From Chlorokybus atmophyticus (lineage: Eukaryota > Plantae > Mesostigma and Chlorokybus algae), in NCBI GenBank assembly GCA_009103225.1, contig RHPI01002990.1, forward strand, positions 47,034 through 111,033: DNA of 64,000 bases, given 5' to 3'. Positions 1-13,559 of the stretch are shown one piece after another. Under the pieces are notes generated by a model. It worked only from the letters and a program-made list of their open reading frames with translations, searched no databases and was not told where the DNA came from. Position 1 is the stretch's first letter. Each line of letters opens with the position of its first letter. Both the position numbers and the translations under genes were made by a program.

Positions 1-229
1 GGAGGGGGGGGGGCGGCGCGTGTGTGTGAGTGACCTTGTATGATCTGAGTGCAGCACATAAACATGCTACACTTGGCTTCACATACACGCTCTTGCATGA
101 GCGCACGCAATAGCACCCACGCGCACACGCGCACACGTACACCCTCTTGCACAGGGTCTGTAACGAGCATTTCATTTAAACCATAGGCATTAATCCAGGT
201 AAAGTACATATTTTAAGAAATTAGAGTCA

Positions 230-2800
230 TAGTATTCAGCTGTTGAACTTATATCCGTACCTAATGTCTTGTTTGGTGTGTACATACATTGTTTTATGAG
301 ATACCGTAGTATAATACTAGCTGATAAGCACATGTACAAGTCTGCAAGAGCCACGTGTGATGAAGATTTATAGCCTTTAGTACAAGAGCTACAACAGTTG
401 TGGAGAGGTGTTGCAGTAAAAGATATCATGACCCGGTCACCACCATTGGAATCAAGCTTTTAACTAAAGGCAATGCTCATGGGGTGCTTACGCAACTATC
501 CGGCATGCGGTAAATATGCATCGCACACAGTGTTGGCAAGCTCGCGCGCGGGTATTGCTGATGGTTTTGAAGAAAGTTATAGCATGTGGATGAAGAAGAT
601 TATCCACGTCGGTTGCCGCCGGTTCCTTCCACTAGGTCATCCTTACCGCACCGACATCTCGTTTGGTCATCCGGACCAATGCCCGCCTCCTCGCAAGCTG
701 TTATACAAGGGTTTGCTTGATGCCGGTGAATGTGTGCCAATTGTGCGCGTCAAGCAATGTTTACAATGAGTGTTGCCAACAACTCTTGCATCTTCAGGCG
801 CTTGCGCCGACGCCAACAATGGCAATGTTCAAGAAAAGGGGGGTAAAGGCCTGCAGCCCCTTGGCTTGACTCCTTTATTGGCATTCCGTTCCAGGCCATC
901 CAATTAACTACATGCAATGTGTGGCAAACACAATTCATTGTATTGTAAACAAATCAGGTATGCGCTGTTACCAATATTCGGAAAACTTATTTTGTGTGAT
1001 GTTATGTGGATTGTTTCAACGCGTACGAGATGACTCCAAAGAGCATTATAAACTTGTAGACGAAAACGAGCATCCCAAACTTTAGCTGCAAAAGTTAAAC
1101 AACAAAAAAGGAAAAGAAGTCGTTGTGAAGCCCCATGCACCATTCATTTCCACGCGAAAAGATTTGCAAAACATAAAAGCAACATGGGAGGGTGTACGTT
1201 ACCCAATGGGGTTTTGGGGGAATGCGCTTGATTGGAGTTTTAAGTGGAGGTGGCAGATACCACGCAAAGTATCACGATTGGCACGATATGGATGGGAGAG
1301 CGCTTTAATGATATATGTTCTTAGCTGCCATGAAATGCCTGATGTGTATATATAACAGCTGATGTTAGATCAAATTAGTTAAACTTGCTTTGGTTTAGAT
1401 GGTTTGCTGTTACCAGCTGTCGTTTCTGAAAGGCTCGGTGACGCGCAAAGGATGACGCTGACTAGGTTTGCAGATGCTTCCGCCGCAGCGGGAGCGGCAT
1501 AGGTGCTCAAGGATGACAAGATTTGGACACCATGTAAATCAATCTGCTTGAATCGTTATGATTGTTAAAGGCTGACTTCCCCCGTTTAATACTCACAACA
1601 TATACGCATCTGCTGGTACATACCATTCAACAAATGTGCATGTGCGGCTCTGTACGGGGAACGTGGATGTTTGGTGTTGAACGCGAGATGCGTCACTTTC
1701 GATTAAAGACTATTGCAATTAGCCCTAGGAGTCCAGAGGCTAGTGTTGCAGCGGCAATTTAAACCGGAAAACTTTTGTTGAATATCTCAAGGCGATGAAG
1801 ATTGTGCGCAGAAACTGTAGTCAAATGTCAAATATTGACATCTTCATCATCTACTCACAACTGTTTGGGCAATAAACGTTTGGTGCACTTGATCGAAATA
1901 AAACGACAACATGTGAACTTGTATTGAAAAAAAAACTTTTCTGAAGTTGAAGACCTGCATGGTTGAGTTTGCAATACCTTCTCTATGTCTATCTTCTATT
2001 CATTGCATCCGTTATCAATGATTTAATTAATATAATTGTTTGTTGTTTTGCAAAAAGTTTTAAAGTTATGATAACAGATTGAAGCGCTTGCGAGACAAAC
2101 AGCGAGGCACCAGAGGCCATGTGGAAGGATCGCAAACATTCACTTGCTGCCAGTACTTGAACGAATTTCTTGATCTTGAAGAGAGGTACTCTCAAAACGC
2201 GAGCGCTTTTCTGGGGTTGTCCTCCCACGGCTATGAGTTATAAATGCATGACCATAAAAGGGAAGCAATAGATGAGGTGTGTGTTGTGGAAGCAACGGTA
2301 CATGCGGTTGTGGTGCTCCCTTGTTTGAGCAACTAAATTGAGACAGCGGATTCGCTGCGTGTGCTTCTCATGCCAGAGCATAGAAGTTCTTTAGCTGGGG
2401 CACGCGAGATAAACAAGCGGTGAGAAGCTTGCGCCGAAGTTAGAATAATAGTATCAGTAGTAACAATGCTACCGATTATGATACTTAACGTAATACTATG
2501 TTCATATTGGTAGTGTTAATGCGCCAGAAGCGCAACACGACTCATGACTGTGGCAAAATTAGCCACCAATTCTTGTTGTGGAGTTTGCATCTACTGGTGT
2601 GAGTTACTAGTAGTAATAAAAAGCGTAGTTGTAATGTGTGGCGTTTTTATAACGGATGTATGAAGCTACACGCACATGTACACTTTTTGCGCTATTATGG
2701 TTGCATAAGTGCTTGGCAGGCACATGCATAGGGCACCCGCGGTCTTGCAATAGTACTTGATGACCCCAACACAAAGCAGCGGCGCATATCATTACATCAA
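230..2800 (+). pseudogene. Decayed CACTA (En/Spm) transposase, TnpD/Tnp2-like
   Basis: Broken reading frames give DEDL*PLVQELQQLWRGV...LKAMLMGCLRNYPA and HVGCRRFLPLGHPYR (Transposase_21-like, ~350-770) and HLLVHTIQQMCMCGSVRGTWMFGVERE...PRSPEASVA (DUF4218-like, 1562-1762). There is a weaker DUF4216-like VLDDPNTKQ near 2750. Many stops; no termini found; the boundary beyond ~1800 is uncertain. Confidence 0.8.
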
Positions 2801-4387
2801 GTGCAATTCTAGTGTACTGTACCAACCACATTTTGCTAAATCTAGCGCAACATGGTTGGTACAGTACATGTGCATGAGGGTGTACGTTTGCAAAGGGTGT
2901 GGAGGATGTCCGCCTGCACAATCGAGCATGCATCCGCTAGTACTTTCAGAGATTAAGATACAACTCAACTTGACCTACTTTACAAGTAACTCGCATGTAG
3001 ATTCATTGAACCTAGCTACCCCATGGCCAGCTGGCTAGTTGTCATATGGCAGCAAGCAGCAGCAAGTTGCTTGTTGGGCAAGTTTGTTAAGCGGACAGAA
3101 GGTACAACAGCAGCGTGTAAGCGCTAAAAGTTAGAAAACATGACTAACATTAATGATTTCAATGCAGACAACAAGTCAAAAATTACACATTATGTGGTTG
3201 GAAACAGGTATGCTAACATGATGTATGAACAACATGAGCCGTGTTCAACAACGCTTCAAGCATGGTTTGCTGTGGTTGATACGTAGCAATAATCAAGCTT
3301 GTAGAGAAAAACGGCAAGGCAAATATAAACATGTTTGCAATTATGCAAATCGCTATAATGTCAATAATCGGATTATCAAAGAGGAAACGGTTCATAATCA
3401 ATGTGTGAAGTTAAAGGTTAGCTTCATTTAACGGTTTTGACATGTATAAAACGGTGGTGGAGCACAGAGCTAATGATGTCAAAAAGATCAAGATATGGCT
3501 CAAGTGAACAATGTATGGCATCATTTGTAGTGTTGTGACACATAAGCAAGAAACCGAGCAACAGATGGGAAGGGATTCTTAAGTAAATGGCTTTGCTTAA
3601 AGCAACTGAATTGCAAAATGCAAGATAAGCTGCAAGTGTGCAATTCGCACCTTCGCATCTACAGTTCAAGTGAAGCAAGCCATCATGCCATTGCTTGGCT
3701 ATAACGCACCCGTTGTAGCAAATTGGAGACGCGTAACATGAGTGGATTTTGCTTCACATGAAACAAAGATGATTAATAGTACATGTATGAAAGGAAGAAA
3801 GTTACGCGGGGATGATTTCAACAAATCCCAGCATGCAGCATGATTACGCTTGTGATGCACGCATACCCTTTCGTTTCAAAAAAATAATAACCAACATTGG
3901 GGTGGAACAGAATGACCCATTCAAGACCTGTAGCGTCAAGAAGAGTTGACCTGCGATGCTGATGTGAGACTAACTGCAATGCTTATAGTCATTCGCTGCC
4001 TGCCTTCACGAGAATGGAGGATGACAGCTGCGCGTCTGCTGGCCAGTGGCATTTAGTGAGTGGATCGCGTGTTTTCGCTGTGGTGCTTACTCAGATGGAT
4101 TGGCGAGCGACGCGCTTGCCTTGTTAATCCCTGGCAGGTACTGAGCAATGACTCGCCGCGGACCGACTCGCGTTGGGTCTTACGATAACAAACGACCAGC
4201 ATGCGGAACTGGCGTTAGCTAGAAGCCCCTGCAGGCGTTTGGGCGGCTAAGAGCCAGTTCACGTGTGAGACTTAAGCCACTTTGGCTTGAAGTAACACAA
4301 GCAGCAGTGCATGCTTGCAAGCGCAAGCGGAGTGGTTGGTGGCGTAGGCGGCGTCAGCGGGGTTGGTGTTGTTGAGCCGCAGGAGCA

Positions 4388-5024
4388 ATGGCGTCCACCA
4401 CCATGTCCATAGCTGCAGTCGCCCCAAGCTGGCTGTCGAGCAGCGCCGCCCAGCGACAGAGTGCCAAGGCCGCCTCCGCCTTCTCCCGTCGAGTCATCAT
4501 CGGCCTGCTCGTCGCCGCCCTCGCTGCCTCCTTCGCTGAGCGCGCCTCCGCTGCTGAGCCGCACCTGCAGGCTGCTATCGTAAGTTGAATGCTCTGCCGT
4601 TGGGTTGGTAGCAGCTTGGTGTTGTGCAGCAGTCTCTCAGTTGGTGTCATGTGTGTAGAACGCCTTGACACCCGTCAAGATCTCAATTCAGTTGAAAAAG
4701 TGGACGCACGTCATCATCCAGTGCAACAAGAGCGAGGCCTATTTGACGCCCGTCGACTTTGACAAGCTCATCAATAACCAGCCCGAGTCACAGCGTGCTG
4801 CCCTGCGTCGTTATTTAAACAACGTGCGAGTGGGCTTTACCAATGTAAGCAACTATTGGTCGTCTAATTGTTCTCACATGGTGCTGATTGGAGTCAGGGG
4901 GCCTAACTGTGGTGCATTACAGCTTGCAATCATCGCCCACAACCCTCATCCAGATCATGCGCTCGCACTGGACGCGTACGATGACGCTTTGAACGGCCTC
5001 AAGAACCTTAACGCCAAGCTCTGA
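4388..5024 (+). CDS. PsbQ-like (OEE3/PQL family) thylakoid lumen protein, 3 exons (4388-4579, 4659-4844, 4923-5024), 159 aa
   Basis: The N-terminus is a Ser/Ala-rich transit peptide followed by a twin-arginine signal SRRVIIGLLVAALAASFAERASA with an A-x-A cleavage site. Two phase-0 GT-AG introns of 79 and 78 nt (GTAAGT..TGTAG; GTAAGC..CTAAC..TACAG) splice to an open frame. The helical mature part IQLKKWTHV...AYLTPVDFDKLINNQPESQRAALRR...YDDALNGLKNLNAKL resembles the PsbQ four-helix bundle, which ends in LAKL. Confidence 0.75.
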
Positions 5025-5998
5025 ACAAGCAGCTGGTACACTCGGAATAGCGTTGTGTACTCTCACCCATGTTGTTGACACGTATACCCTACCTTGTCGG
5101 TGTTGAAGTGTTGTGTTGCAGCTGTCGTGATTGCATCCTGTGGCTTTGCGCCTTATGTCAGATGCTTGCACCGAACTGTTAACATATCAGCATACAGAAT
5201 TTGGCTATTTTCCTTTGTGTCAAACGGTGCTTGCTGTCAATGCCTTCAGTAAAACGCAATGTTTGTGCCTCAGTCTATGGGTGTGTGTCGTGCTGCCGTT
5301 GCATGCTGTTACAAGAGTCCCTTGACAATCGACATAAGTGCCTGCCAACGATTCAGGGAGGCAAGGAATTCCAGCAGCCACGCAGCACAGAATCTGGCTA
5401 GCCTAGCATGCCAGCGCAGGGACTGTTTTGGACAGGCTAGACCAAATTGCTTGTCTCAGCAGATCTTTCAGAGGTTGCTGCGCGAGTGCATAAAGCAATG
5501 GACGCAGCAACGGCAATGCGCCCGCACTGCTAAGCACTTTATACATAGCTTTGCCACCATGTTGTGCAGCCTCCAAAGCACACAGGCACCTACGCACGTG
5601 CGTATGCTGGCAAATGCATGGACACGCCCATGCGCACGGGCACACGCATCATCTGGAAATAAACAAGTGTCTATAAACAGTTTTTCATCGATTTTCAAAC
5701 AGTAGCGTTTATAACTGTCATTATCCAGTTGTGGTCCATTTATGCGAAGTAACTTTGAAACAATTCTCATCCAATCACAATGGTTTGCTGTCATGCTTTG
5801 TGTACTTGTAGGAGTAATGGAGCCCAAGTTTTGCTATCGATGCGACAATGCATGCTTAGCATCATGTGCACATGTTTGCGAACTGTTTACTTGTATTCTC
5901 ATAGCAGCATTATTAACATCCCTTGTTAAGGTACCGTTTGCATAGCGCTACTGCAACACTATGCAAACTTGGGTTGGAAATGTCAAGAAAGCTTCGTC

Positions 5999-6738
5999 AT
6001 ACACACACACACAAATAGATATTCTGATATATATATACCCAGGTATATATGTGTGTGTACATATACATATATACACGTACACACACATATGTGTGTATAT
6101 ATATGTGTGTGTATGTGTATATATGTATATATATTTACACGTATGCATATAAGATATATATGTGTATCATTATACATATGCGTATATGCGTACATATATA
6201 CACACAAAAAAGTATATATATACATATATATTTAAGTATATATATATGTTTATACATATAAATATACATATATATATATGTGTGTATATACGCATATATG
6301 AGTATACATATATAATTTTATATATATGTATATATATGCGTATCCACAAAAGATATATATGTATCAGTATATATGCGTATATATATGCGTACACATGTAT
6401 ATGTACATTATACCTGTTTATACATACATACAAGTATATATGTGTATATATAAATATATATATATATATACATATACATATTTACACCGGTATCCGTATA
6501 CCGGTGTATATATATATGTATGTATGTATATGTATATTTTTGTATGTATATATACACCGGTATACGTATACACTGTAACAATGTATACAAGTATACACTG
6601 TAATAATGTATATGTATTTGTATGTGGATATGTGTGCATGTGCATATGAATATATATGTGTGCAAGTGCATGTTCAACATTTATAATCACACAATGTAGA
6701 AATATTCATGTCACATGATATATTGCTAAAATCTCACG

Positions 6739-6776
<38 letters not shown>

Positions 6777-6812
6777 TATATGCGTGATGTGTATGTGTGC
6801 ATGTGTGTGTGT
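5999..6812. repeat. Compound (TA)/(CA)/(TG) microsatellite, ~800 bp
   Basis: Direct reading shows alternating purine-pyrimidine dinucleotides throughout. All the Y/I/H/T/C/V-rich ORFs here are artefacts of the repeat. Confidence 0.97.
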
Positions 6813-7077
6813 GGTGCATGTTATTGTATGATGCTTTATCTGCGACATTAATTGTTCAACTTAAGTAGCGGGTAGGAACGACTTGTCGATTGCTTGCAGT
6901 TACGACCATTGGATTGGTTATTCTGTGGAAGGGCTTTGACAATTTCAAATGCATCGAGCCGCCGTTGCAGCAGGCGACGCAGTAGTGGCGGCGGATGGGG
7001 CGGCGGCGGTGGCAGCGGCGCTACGCCTGTGGCCTGGAGCCTAAGGCCTGGCGCTGGTGGCGTTGTTTGGAAGCGCC

Positions 7078-7133
7078 GGCGGCGGCGGCGGCGGCGGTGG
7101 CGGTGGCGGTGGCGGTGGCGGTGGCGGTGGCGG
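7078..7133. repeat. (GGC)n/(GGCGGT)n simple repeat
   Basis: A run of GGC followed by about six GGCGGT units, directly flanking the LTR at 7142. Confidence 0.9.
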
Positions 7134-7141
7134 GCGCTGGA

Positions 7142-9000
7142 TGTGACGCTGCTCATGCCTTGTCACCTGTAAGTTGGTCCAATCAACAACCTTCTCACCA
7201 AGACTCGGTATTCACACCGGAACCTTGCCCTTTCTTCTAAGCACACACGCGCACCCCACCAATCGCGTACACACGCGCATGCGCTTGAAGTTACACACCG
7301 ACTTGTGTAGCGCCTTGGATTGTCACACAAGCAAGCACACACCAGTGGACACACGCTAGCAACCCCTGCTAACCACCACCAGGCTTGCACACAAGAAACT
7401 AGGGAGCTAAAGGTTGTATTGCACAAAGTGAAATGTCCTTTGTATACCTACCAGTTTGCACATGCTACTGTCCAGACGTTTCTCGAGCTAGACGGAATCA
7501 GAAGCTAAGGTATTCTTGTAGAACCTTGTAGTACACTTCTAGACCTTTCGTATGCACCAAGGAACTCCACAAAAGATGCCCATATGGCAAAGTTATACTA
7601 TTTGGCGCCAGGCCCTTCCAAAAATCTGGTCGAGTCCTTCTCGACTAGCCCTCCGTTTTCTGGCGTCTTTTAGACCAGTCCTGAGGCCGAAAGGTCATGA
7701 AATCATGAAATTTGCCGTCGACCACTACACTCCTCCCCCTAGGTGAGCTTCATCCTCGAAGCTCGCGAGGTTGTCCAAATCGTTGTTGCAGATACATTTG
7801 CAAAACCTGTTGTGCATTCGCCGGTCCTCCTCCTTCGTCTTCGCGTACACTAAAATGTCGTTAAGGTACACGAGGACTCCTTTACCAATCAGGTCGGCGA
7901 AAACGCTATTCATTAAGGTCTGAAATGTCGCTGGCGTTCGTAAGCCCCAACGACATCACTACCACTCATAATGTCCATAGCGCGTGTTAAACGCTGTCTT
8001 CTCCACATCTTCAGGTGCGATGCGGATCTGGTGATAACCTCCAGCAAGATGCGCATCTTGTAGCTGCTCCACCAACTCGTCAATACGCTGTAGTGGAAAG
8101 CAGTTCTTTTTTGTAATGGTGTTGAGCGCTCGGTTGTCGATGCACATACGCAGGCTCTCGTTCTTCTTTCGCACGAACAGTATTGGTGCACTGTAAGGTG
8201 ACTTACTTGGCCGGATGCAACCTCTTTAGAACATTCGTTATCTGCTTCTCGACCTCCTCCAACTCCAGAGGTGACAACTTACATACAGGCCTGTAGGGTG
8301 GCTTGTGCACGCCCTCAATCAACTCCACACGGTGATTAACGCTCCATGAGGGTGGTAGACCAGCTGGAAGTCCGTCCACCATGATATCTTGGTGGTTCTG
8401 GACAAGTTTGCACACCTCGGGGTCTGTCGTAGCTGTCTCAGTGCAGTCACTCAGCTTCGGTGCTGACTCTGATGTGTTCTCGCGCACCACCATGCAGCTT
8501 TCGCTTTTCGTGGGGATAGCAGCTTCCTCAATTTGCACATAGGAAACTTGAGCAAAGCAAATCCCACTTGATTGCGCGTGCCATGCCTTCCTAGTGCTTG
8601 TGTTCCCTTGCAGGTGCGTAACACACGTGCGCATACTCGCTTTCGCAACGTCCGACGTAGCTATGACATAGCCCTTCTTCCTTTCCTCAAAAGAGTGGTT
8701 TCCCACTTCAATAAACCACGCAAGTAGACCTTGAATGGACTCTCCACCATTTTCCTTAATAATGAGCACACGCTTCTTCCAGTCGATAGATGGGTTCTGT
8801 TGCCACAGCCATGGTAGTCACGAAATTCCAATAAACCCGTTCCGTAGAGTGATGCGGCACAAATGCATATTCTCCTTCAACTTCCCCATGTGAACACAAC
8901 TCCTTGGTTTAAAACGCAGCACCAGTACCTTAATAGGGTGGTTCCCCATTAGCGAGTTTCACTTCTCCTCCTCGTAATGGTGAAAGCCGTAGCGCCCAGC
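7142..9000 (-). mobile_element. Internally deleted, decayed chromovirus copy: 3' LTR 7142-7729, PPT, RT and protease relics
   Basis: The LTR is homologous to 35678-36346 and is flanked on the inner side by a PPT (CTCCTCCCCCT on +). The last codons of the integrase/chromodomain ORF are joined directly to RT (VLVYLNDILVYAK, MCIDNRALN, KTAFNTRYGHYEW), so RNase H and integrase are deleted. No 5' end was found. Confidence 0.9.
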
Positions 9001-11689
9001 AATGCACTCATGCACACACACGCACATATCCATGCGCACGTGCGCACATGCACACAGGTGCGCACACACAAGCGCATGCGTTAGCTTACGCACTCGTTTT
9101 TTGCTGCCGCTTTGTGCGCTTGCCAATGATGTGTAGTCGATGCATCCCATGGCTGTCGTAAGCAACGTATGGCAGTGCTGGCGACCAGCTTCTTTTCGAA
9201 CTCAAGACGCAAGCACAAAGTGCACTCTTCCCTTGCGGCTTGCGCTTCCTGGGTTACCAACTGAGTTGTACAGTACCAACACCGTGACAGCATCAAGCGA
9301 CATGCAGCAGCGGAGAGCGACGCTCTCAGCTACATACAGGCCAGATGCTGACGTCTACCTGCATTGCACTTGCAATTGGTAGGTACAATCTTGCTGAGAG
9401 GACAGCCTTCACATCAGTGCGCAGCACCACCGCCGCTGTCACATCAGAGTTTAATTTTACTAAGAACAACTTCACTGGTCAACCATTGAACAGACTGTTA
9501 ACTGACCTGATCCTTGCATTGGTACCGCATGCTGTGAGACCGAGATAAGTCCCGAAGCCTCTTCTGTCACCACATAGATGTGCATGGATACATGGATACA
9601 CGTTTGCAGCTGATTGTACGCGTATTGGCATGCATATATACACACGTGCCTGCAACTTCACAAGCACACGTACAGCAGTACAGACGCGCTCACCCACCCA
9701 TACACGCGTATGCGCATCGCAGGAGATGGTTGCTGAAGTAGTGTTGCCGCTCTTAGACAGATCGGACTGCAAGTTCCAGGCCGCTGGCCGGGAAGATATA
9801 CATGTAATAAACACATAACTCAACCTTTCCCTTCCCCACACACGCACGTGCACATGTCCTTATAGGGTGCGGATGTTGGGTAGAATCCGCCCTTGTGCTT
9901 AAGGTTGTCGGCGCCCAGCGCGTCCTTTCCGCGACCGAGTGCAAGGACGCTAAAGCCTGCATCGCCCAGCGCAGCTCCGGCCGGGTGAACACTTGCGTTG
10001 TAGTGTTGTGTTGGTCATGACGTGATGTGGTTCTTATATTGGTGTCTATCGCGTCACATGCAAATGCGGGTGTTGAGGCTGCCAGTTGCAGGAATACAGG
10101 CGTGCGAGGTGCTGAAAGAGGGTGAGGCTGGTGTGTGGGCTGTGCTGAAAACACATAATAGTCAGGATTCCATTAACGTGTGGTATGCATCTGGGTGTAA
10201 TTGCATACGTGTGTGCATATATGTATGTGTGCGTAGGCGTGTGTACATACCTGCGCGCTTAAGTGCGAGTGAGTGCGCTCTCACACGCGCGCGCATTGGC
10301 AGTACCCATACATGCAACGCATGCACAGTACCCTTACATGTCCATCTTCGGGTTTACATGTACATTGCTATACTAAAGATTGTGTACCTGTGCGTGCGTC
10401 TCCATATGTTTGGCCAATGGTTGCTCCAGACGTGTGTGCATGCGTGCATGCAGTTCATGGGTGGCTCTGGCCCCGACATAGGTGTAGTCCAATACATAGG
10501 CAAAGAACGTTCGAGGACTCTAATGAGAACGCAGGCCAACACAACGTGCAACAACCATATTCCCAACCCTTTGTCACAGCTAGCACAAGTGCAAGTTGGT
10601 AGTAGGCAAGCACAGCAGGCAGTACAGCAAAGTACAACAGGGTTTAATGCGCAGCGCCTCTCCGCTCATCCAATGGCAGTAACAAGCAGTAGGTAGTGCC
10701 ATGGGTTCACCTACCACACAAGCGTTCAGCAGCCGTGGGGACACATGGGTGTGTGTGCACTTACACCTTGCGCACAACCGCCCCACAACGGAGAACACAT
10801 GCACTGTCAACAATGTTAGGGGTTGGCAAGCGTCACCAATAATCAGATTGCTACTCCTATGCATGTGGATGTGATGCCATTGGATCAGTGGTGATTGATG
10901 CGTGACTAACACACATGTGACATTAAGGCATCATGCATGCATCATCCAAGGATACGAATAACTGTTGTTACAGTGGTGTGAAACGAACACGAAGGTCATA
11001 GCTTTAACACACTTTCCGCATTGAAGCCATACCCATCAACTTGTGTTGAACGCAACCCCCATGATAGTAATGCATACTTCATGCTATTTGCTATGAATGT
11101 GATAAAACATTACTTATAAACACCAACCTAGCGTAATGATGTTGAGGCCAACGCATGCTAGTTAAACATTGTGCGAATGCGCATTGACCAATGGGAATGC
11201 ACCCCATGTATGTTCAATAATCTTTGGCTGATCAAGTCGAATTGACGTTGATCCATATCAATGTCATATTGGACCCAACCGTTTACACTTTGGTGTGACG
11301 AGCTGTCAACCGCCATAGGTGGTCAATGACAGTATGCTGAGGTAGTGATGCGCAGCACACTTTCGCATGCAAAGCTGATTGGTGCCGTAGTGCCCTCACT
11401 ACGACAACAACCAAATGGGTTCCTTGTTCAATTAATGACGTAGATGCATATGCAGCAACCAAACCGTTGCACATGTGTACGCACGCACGCAGTAACATTG
11501 CCATGCGTGCATGCCTGTTTGTTTTGTTTTGTTGGGCACTCGGTAAAAACATGTATTACATCAAAAGTTTCAAGTACACGCTGGGAGCTATTCTGTACCT
11601 AGATTTTGTGACACAGCAGCAGGCCTAGTAGTGCTAATTGTGTGCTAGAAGGAAAAGAAGGAAGAAAGCGAACGAACGAAGTCAGGAAC

Positions 11690-13170
11690 GAGCTGTGCAC
11701 TCATTCTGCGCACTCTTGCGGGAGCAAGGTGTGCAGGGAGGAGAGCAAGTGCGTTGCGAAGAGTAGAGTGGAAGAGAAGAATAGGTAAGGGAGAGAGAAG
11801 ATGTGAACAGGTCGGTAGGAAGAGAGACAGTGGAAGGGATCAGGTGGAATAAGGTGTGGAGGGAGGGGAGGGAAACTGAGGGAAGGGGCAGAGAAAAAGT
11901 TATGGAGGGGAGGGAGGCTGTGCCAGGTGATCTTAGGGAAGGCGGAATTCTATAAGGGCGAGCAGAGAAACTGGTTGTGACCCTAGTGGGATTGAAAGTG
12001 AAGAAAGGAGTTGAGTTGCTTATACGCAAATGAAACTGCTGACAGCACACGATATCAATCACCTTTCGCTAAAAGCATGATAGTGTGAGAGGGAGCGAGT
12101 GCATTCAGCAGAGAGAACAATTGTGTGATTAAAGAGGGCCCGGTTGCATTTCAACCATATGCCAAAGAACAAGGGGGATCAGCTGCGGTTAAAGTGCTTT
12201 CACGTGGGACGGCATGGCGGGAGGGTGGAGCAATAGTTGATGGAGTGAGATAGAGAGTGGAGGTTCATTGAATGCTGCGCAGACATGTAAGAACTACTGC
12301 CATACGGCAAAGCTCAGCACCTTCAGTGAAGATGCACTCCGTGAACAGGTGCTCAGGGGTTTCCACCATGTCCGTTGTGCACAAGGCACATGTGCCCTCG
12401 GACATGTGGAAGCGAAGAATCTCCAGTATATGAGGCTCTATGGGTTAAGAGCGGGTGAATGAACGAACAAGGCCTTCTTAAGGGGAGGAGTGGACTCTCT
12501 TCCGCACTGCAGGATAGTGCACACCCTCTCTAACCTCCGAACTCCAGCGTTTCAGCGAGGGCATGTCCTGTATGTGACGGGAGGATATGACCATATATCG
12601 AAGCTGTGCTTTATAATCCCACACTGAGCGCAAAGTGGGGGAAGGGGGGCAAGAGGTGGTCCATCAGTAGCTTGGGGTCAAAGTGAAGAGTAATAAAGGG
12701 GGTCCCTTTTTCACGTCCAAAGGATTTGCTGTAGTCACTCTCAGTTCCTTACTTATGTGGTAAGTATGAAGGACTAAGTGAGCATCATGTATAGTCATGT
12801 GCGTGTAGCACTTTACGTACGTGCTCATGAAGCCAGTGCTTATGTACTTAGTGCATAAGGACATAGCAGCTACACAAGGCATTGCCACCCATCAAGTAGA
12901 GGACTGGTCAATGTCAAGCGCATGGACGCTAAGACAGCATGAATGCTGCTTATGTTAATGTGTCCGAGGGTGGACAAAGTCAGCTTGTGATGACAAGTCT
13001 TCGCATAGGGGGAGGTCTTGTTGGCCTTGGACATCCTACGTGCCAGGTCGGAGAGCAGCAGGTGGTATGAAGGCGTGACTATCACCTTGCCAAGGTGGTA
13101 GTACCACAGAGTGGTGGCAATCAAATGCTGGCCTCGTAGAGCTACTTGTGTGTGGGGTGCCTGGCTGAAG
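11690..13170 (-). mobile_element. L1-like LINE ORF2 3' relic (zf-RVT region)
   Basis: The minus strand at 12334-12390 reads CALCTTDMVETPEHLFTEC, the C-x2-C...ET-x2-H-L-F-x2-C zinc motif of plant and algal L1 ORF2. Downstream is a frameshifted LVLWH..W.KCNRALFNH, and upstream an RT C-terminal-like TTLWYY...LLSDLARR. Heavily decayed, with no poly(A) tail seen. Confidence 0.6.
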
Positions 13171-13559
13171 CTACTGAAGGTTTCCCCATTAACTCCTTGT
13201 GGGGTGTTGCTTGTTGCAAGGTGTGCTGTAAGTTAAGCTGCTTGTGCAAATGTTTGTGACGCTCTCAGCAGGTAACTTGAGATGTCAATGTGACATTGGT
13301 ATCGGCGCGGTTTTCCATTAGCCTTACATGCTTGTGCATCAGCTTGCACAATTGTTGCTAGCATATGCATTGCATTCTTTGCTTGCATATGCTTTGTAGT
13401 CACTGCTACAGCTAGCAACGATTGCTAGCTGAGATTGCATGATAGTTGGTTGTTCCAACTGCACACTTGCATATTGGGTGTGGGCTATGTCTCATGGCGT
13501 CTTTGGCATTTACTGTGTGCATTACTGTTTCATGCACTTTGAGCAGTGTTGAAAGGGTG

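Noticed and set aside
5948-6690. About 13 overlapping ORFs of 60-140 aa rich in Y, I, H, T, C and V
   Set aside because: They are translations of the dinucleotide microsatellite and show no coding signal.
6848-7240. ORFs with RHRHRH, RWRWRW, AVAVAV and poly-Pro runs
   Set aside because: They come from the GGC/GGCGGT repeat and the adjacent LTR, and no gene model can be supported.
9000-11000. Possible decayed spliced gene on the minus strand (exon-like GC-richer blocks, one GTAAGC donor near 9085)
   Set aside because: No consistent open frame or recognisable domain could be assembled. A translated homology search is needed.
11000-11300. Weak Ulp1/SUMO-protease-like words on the minus strand (HSHW, TQVDGYG)
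   Set aside because: There is no intact catalytic Cys motif and the match is too short to call.
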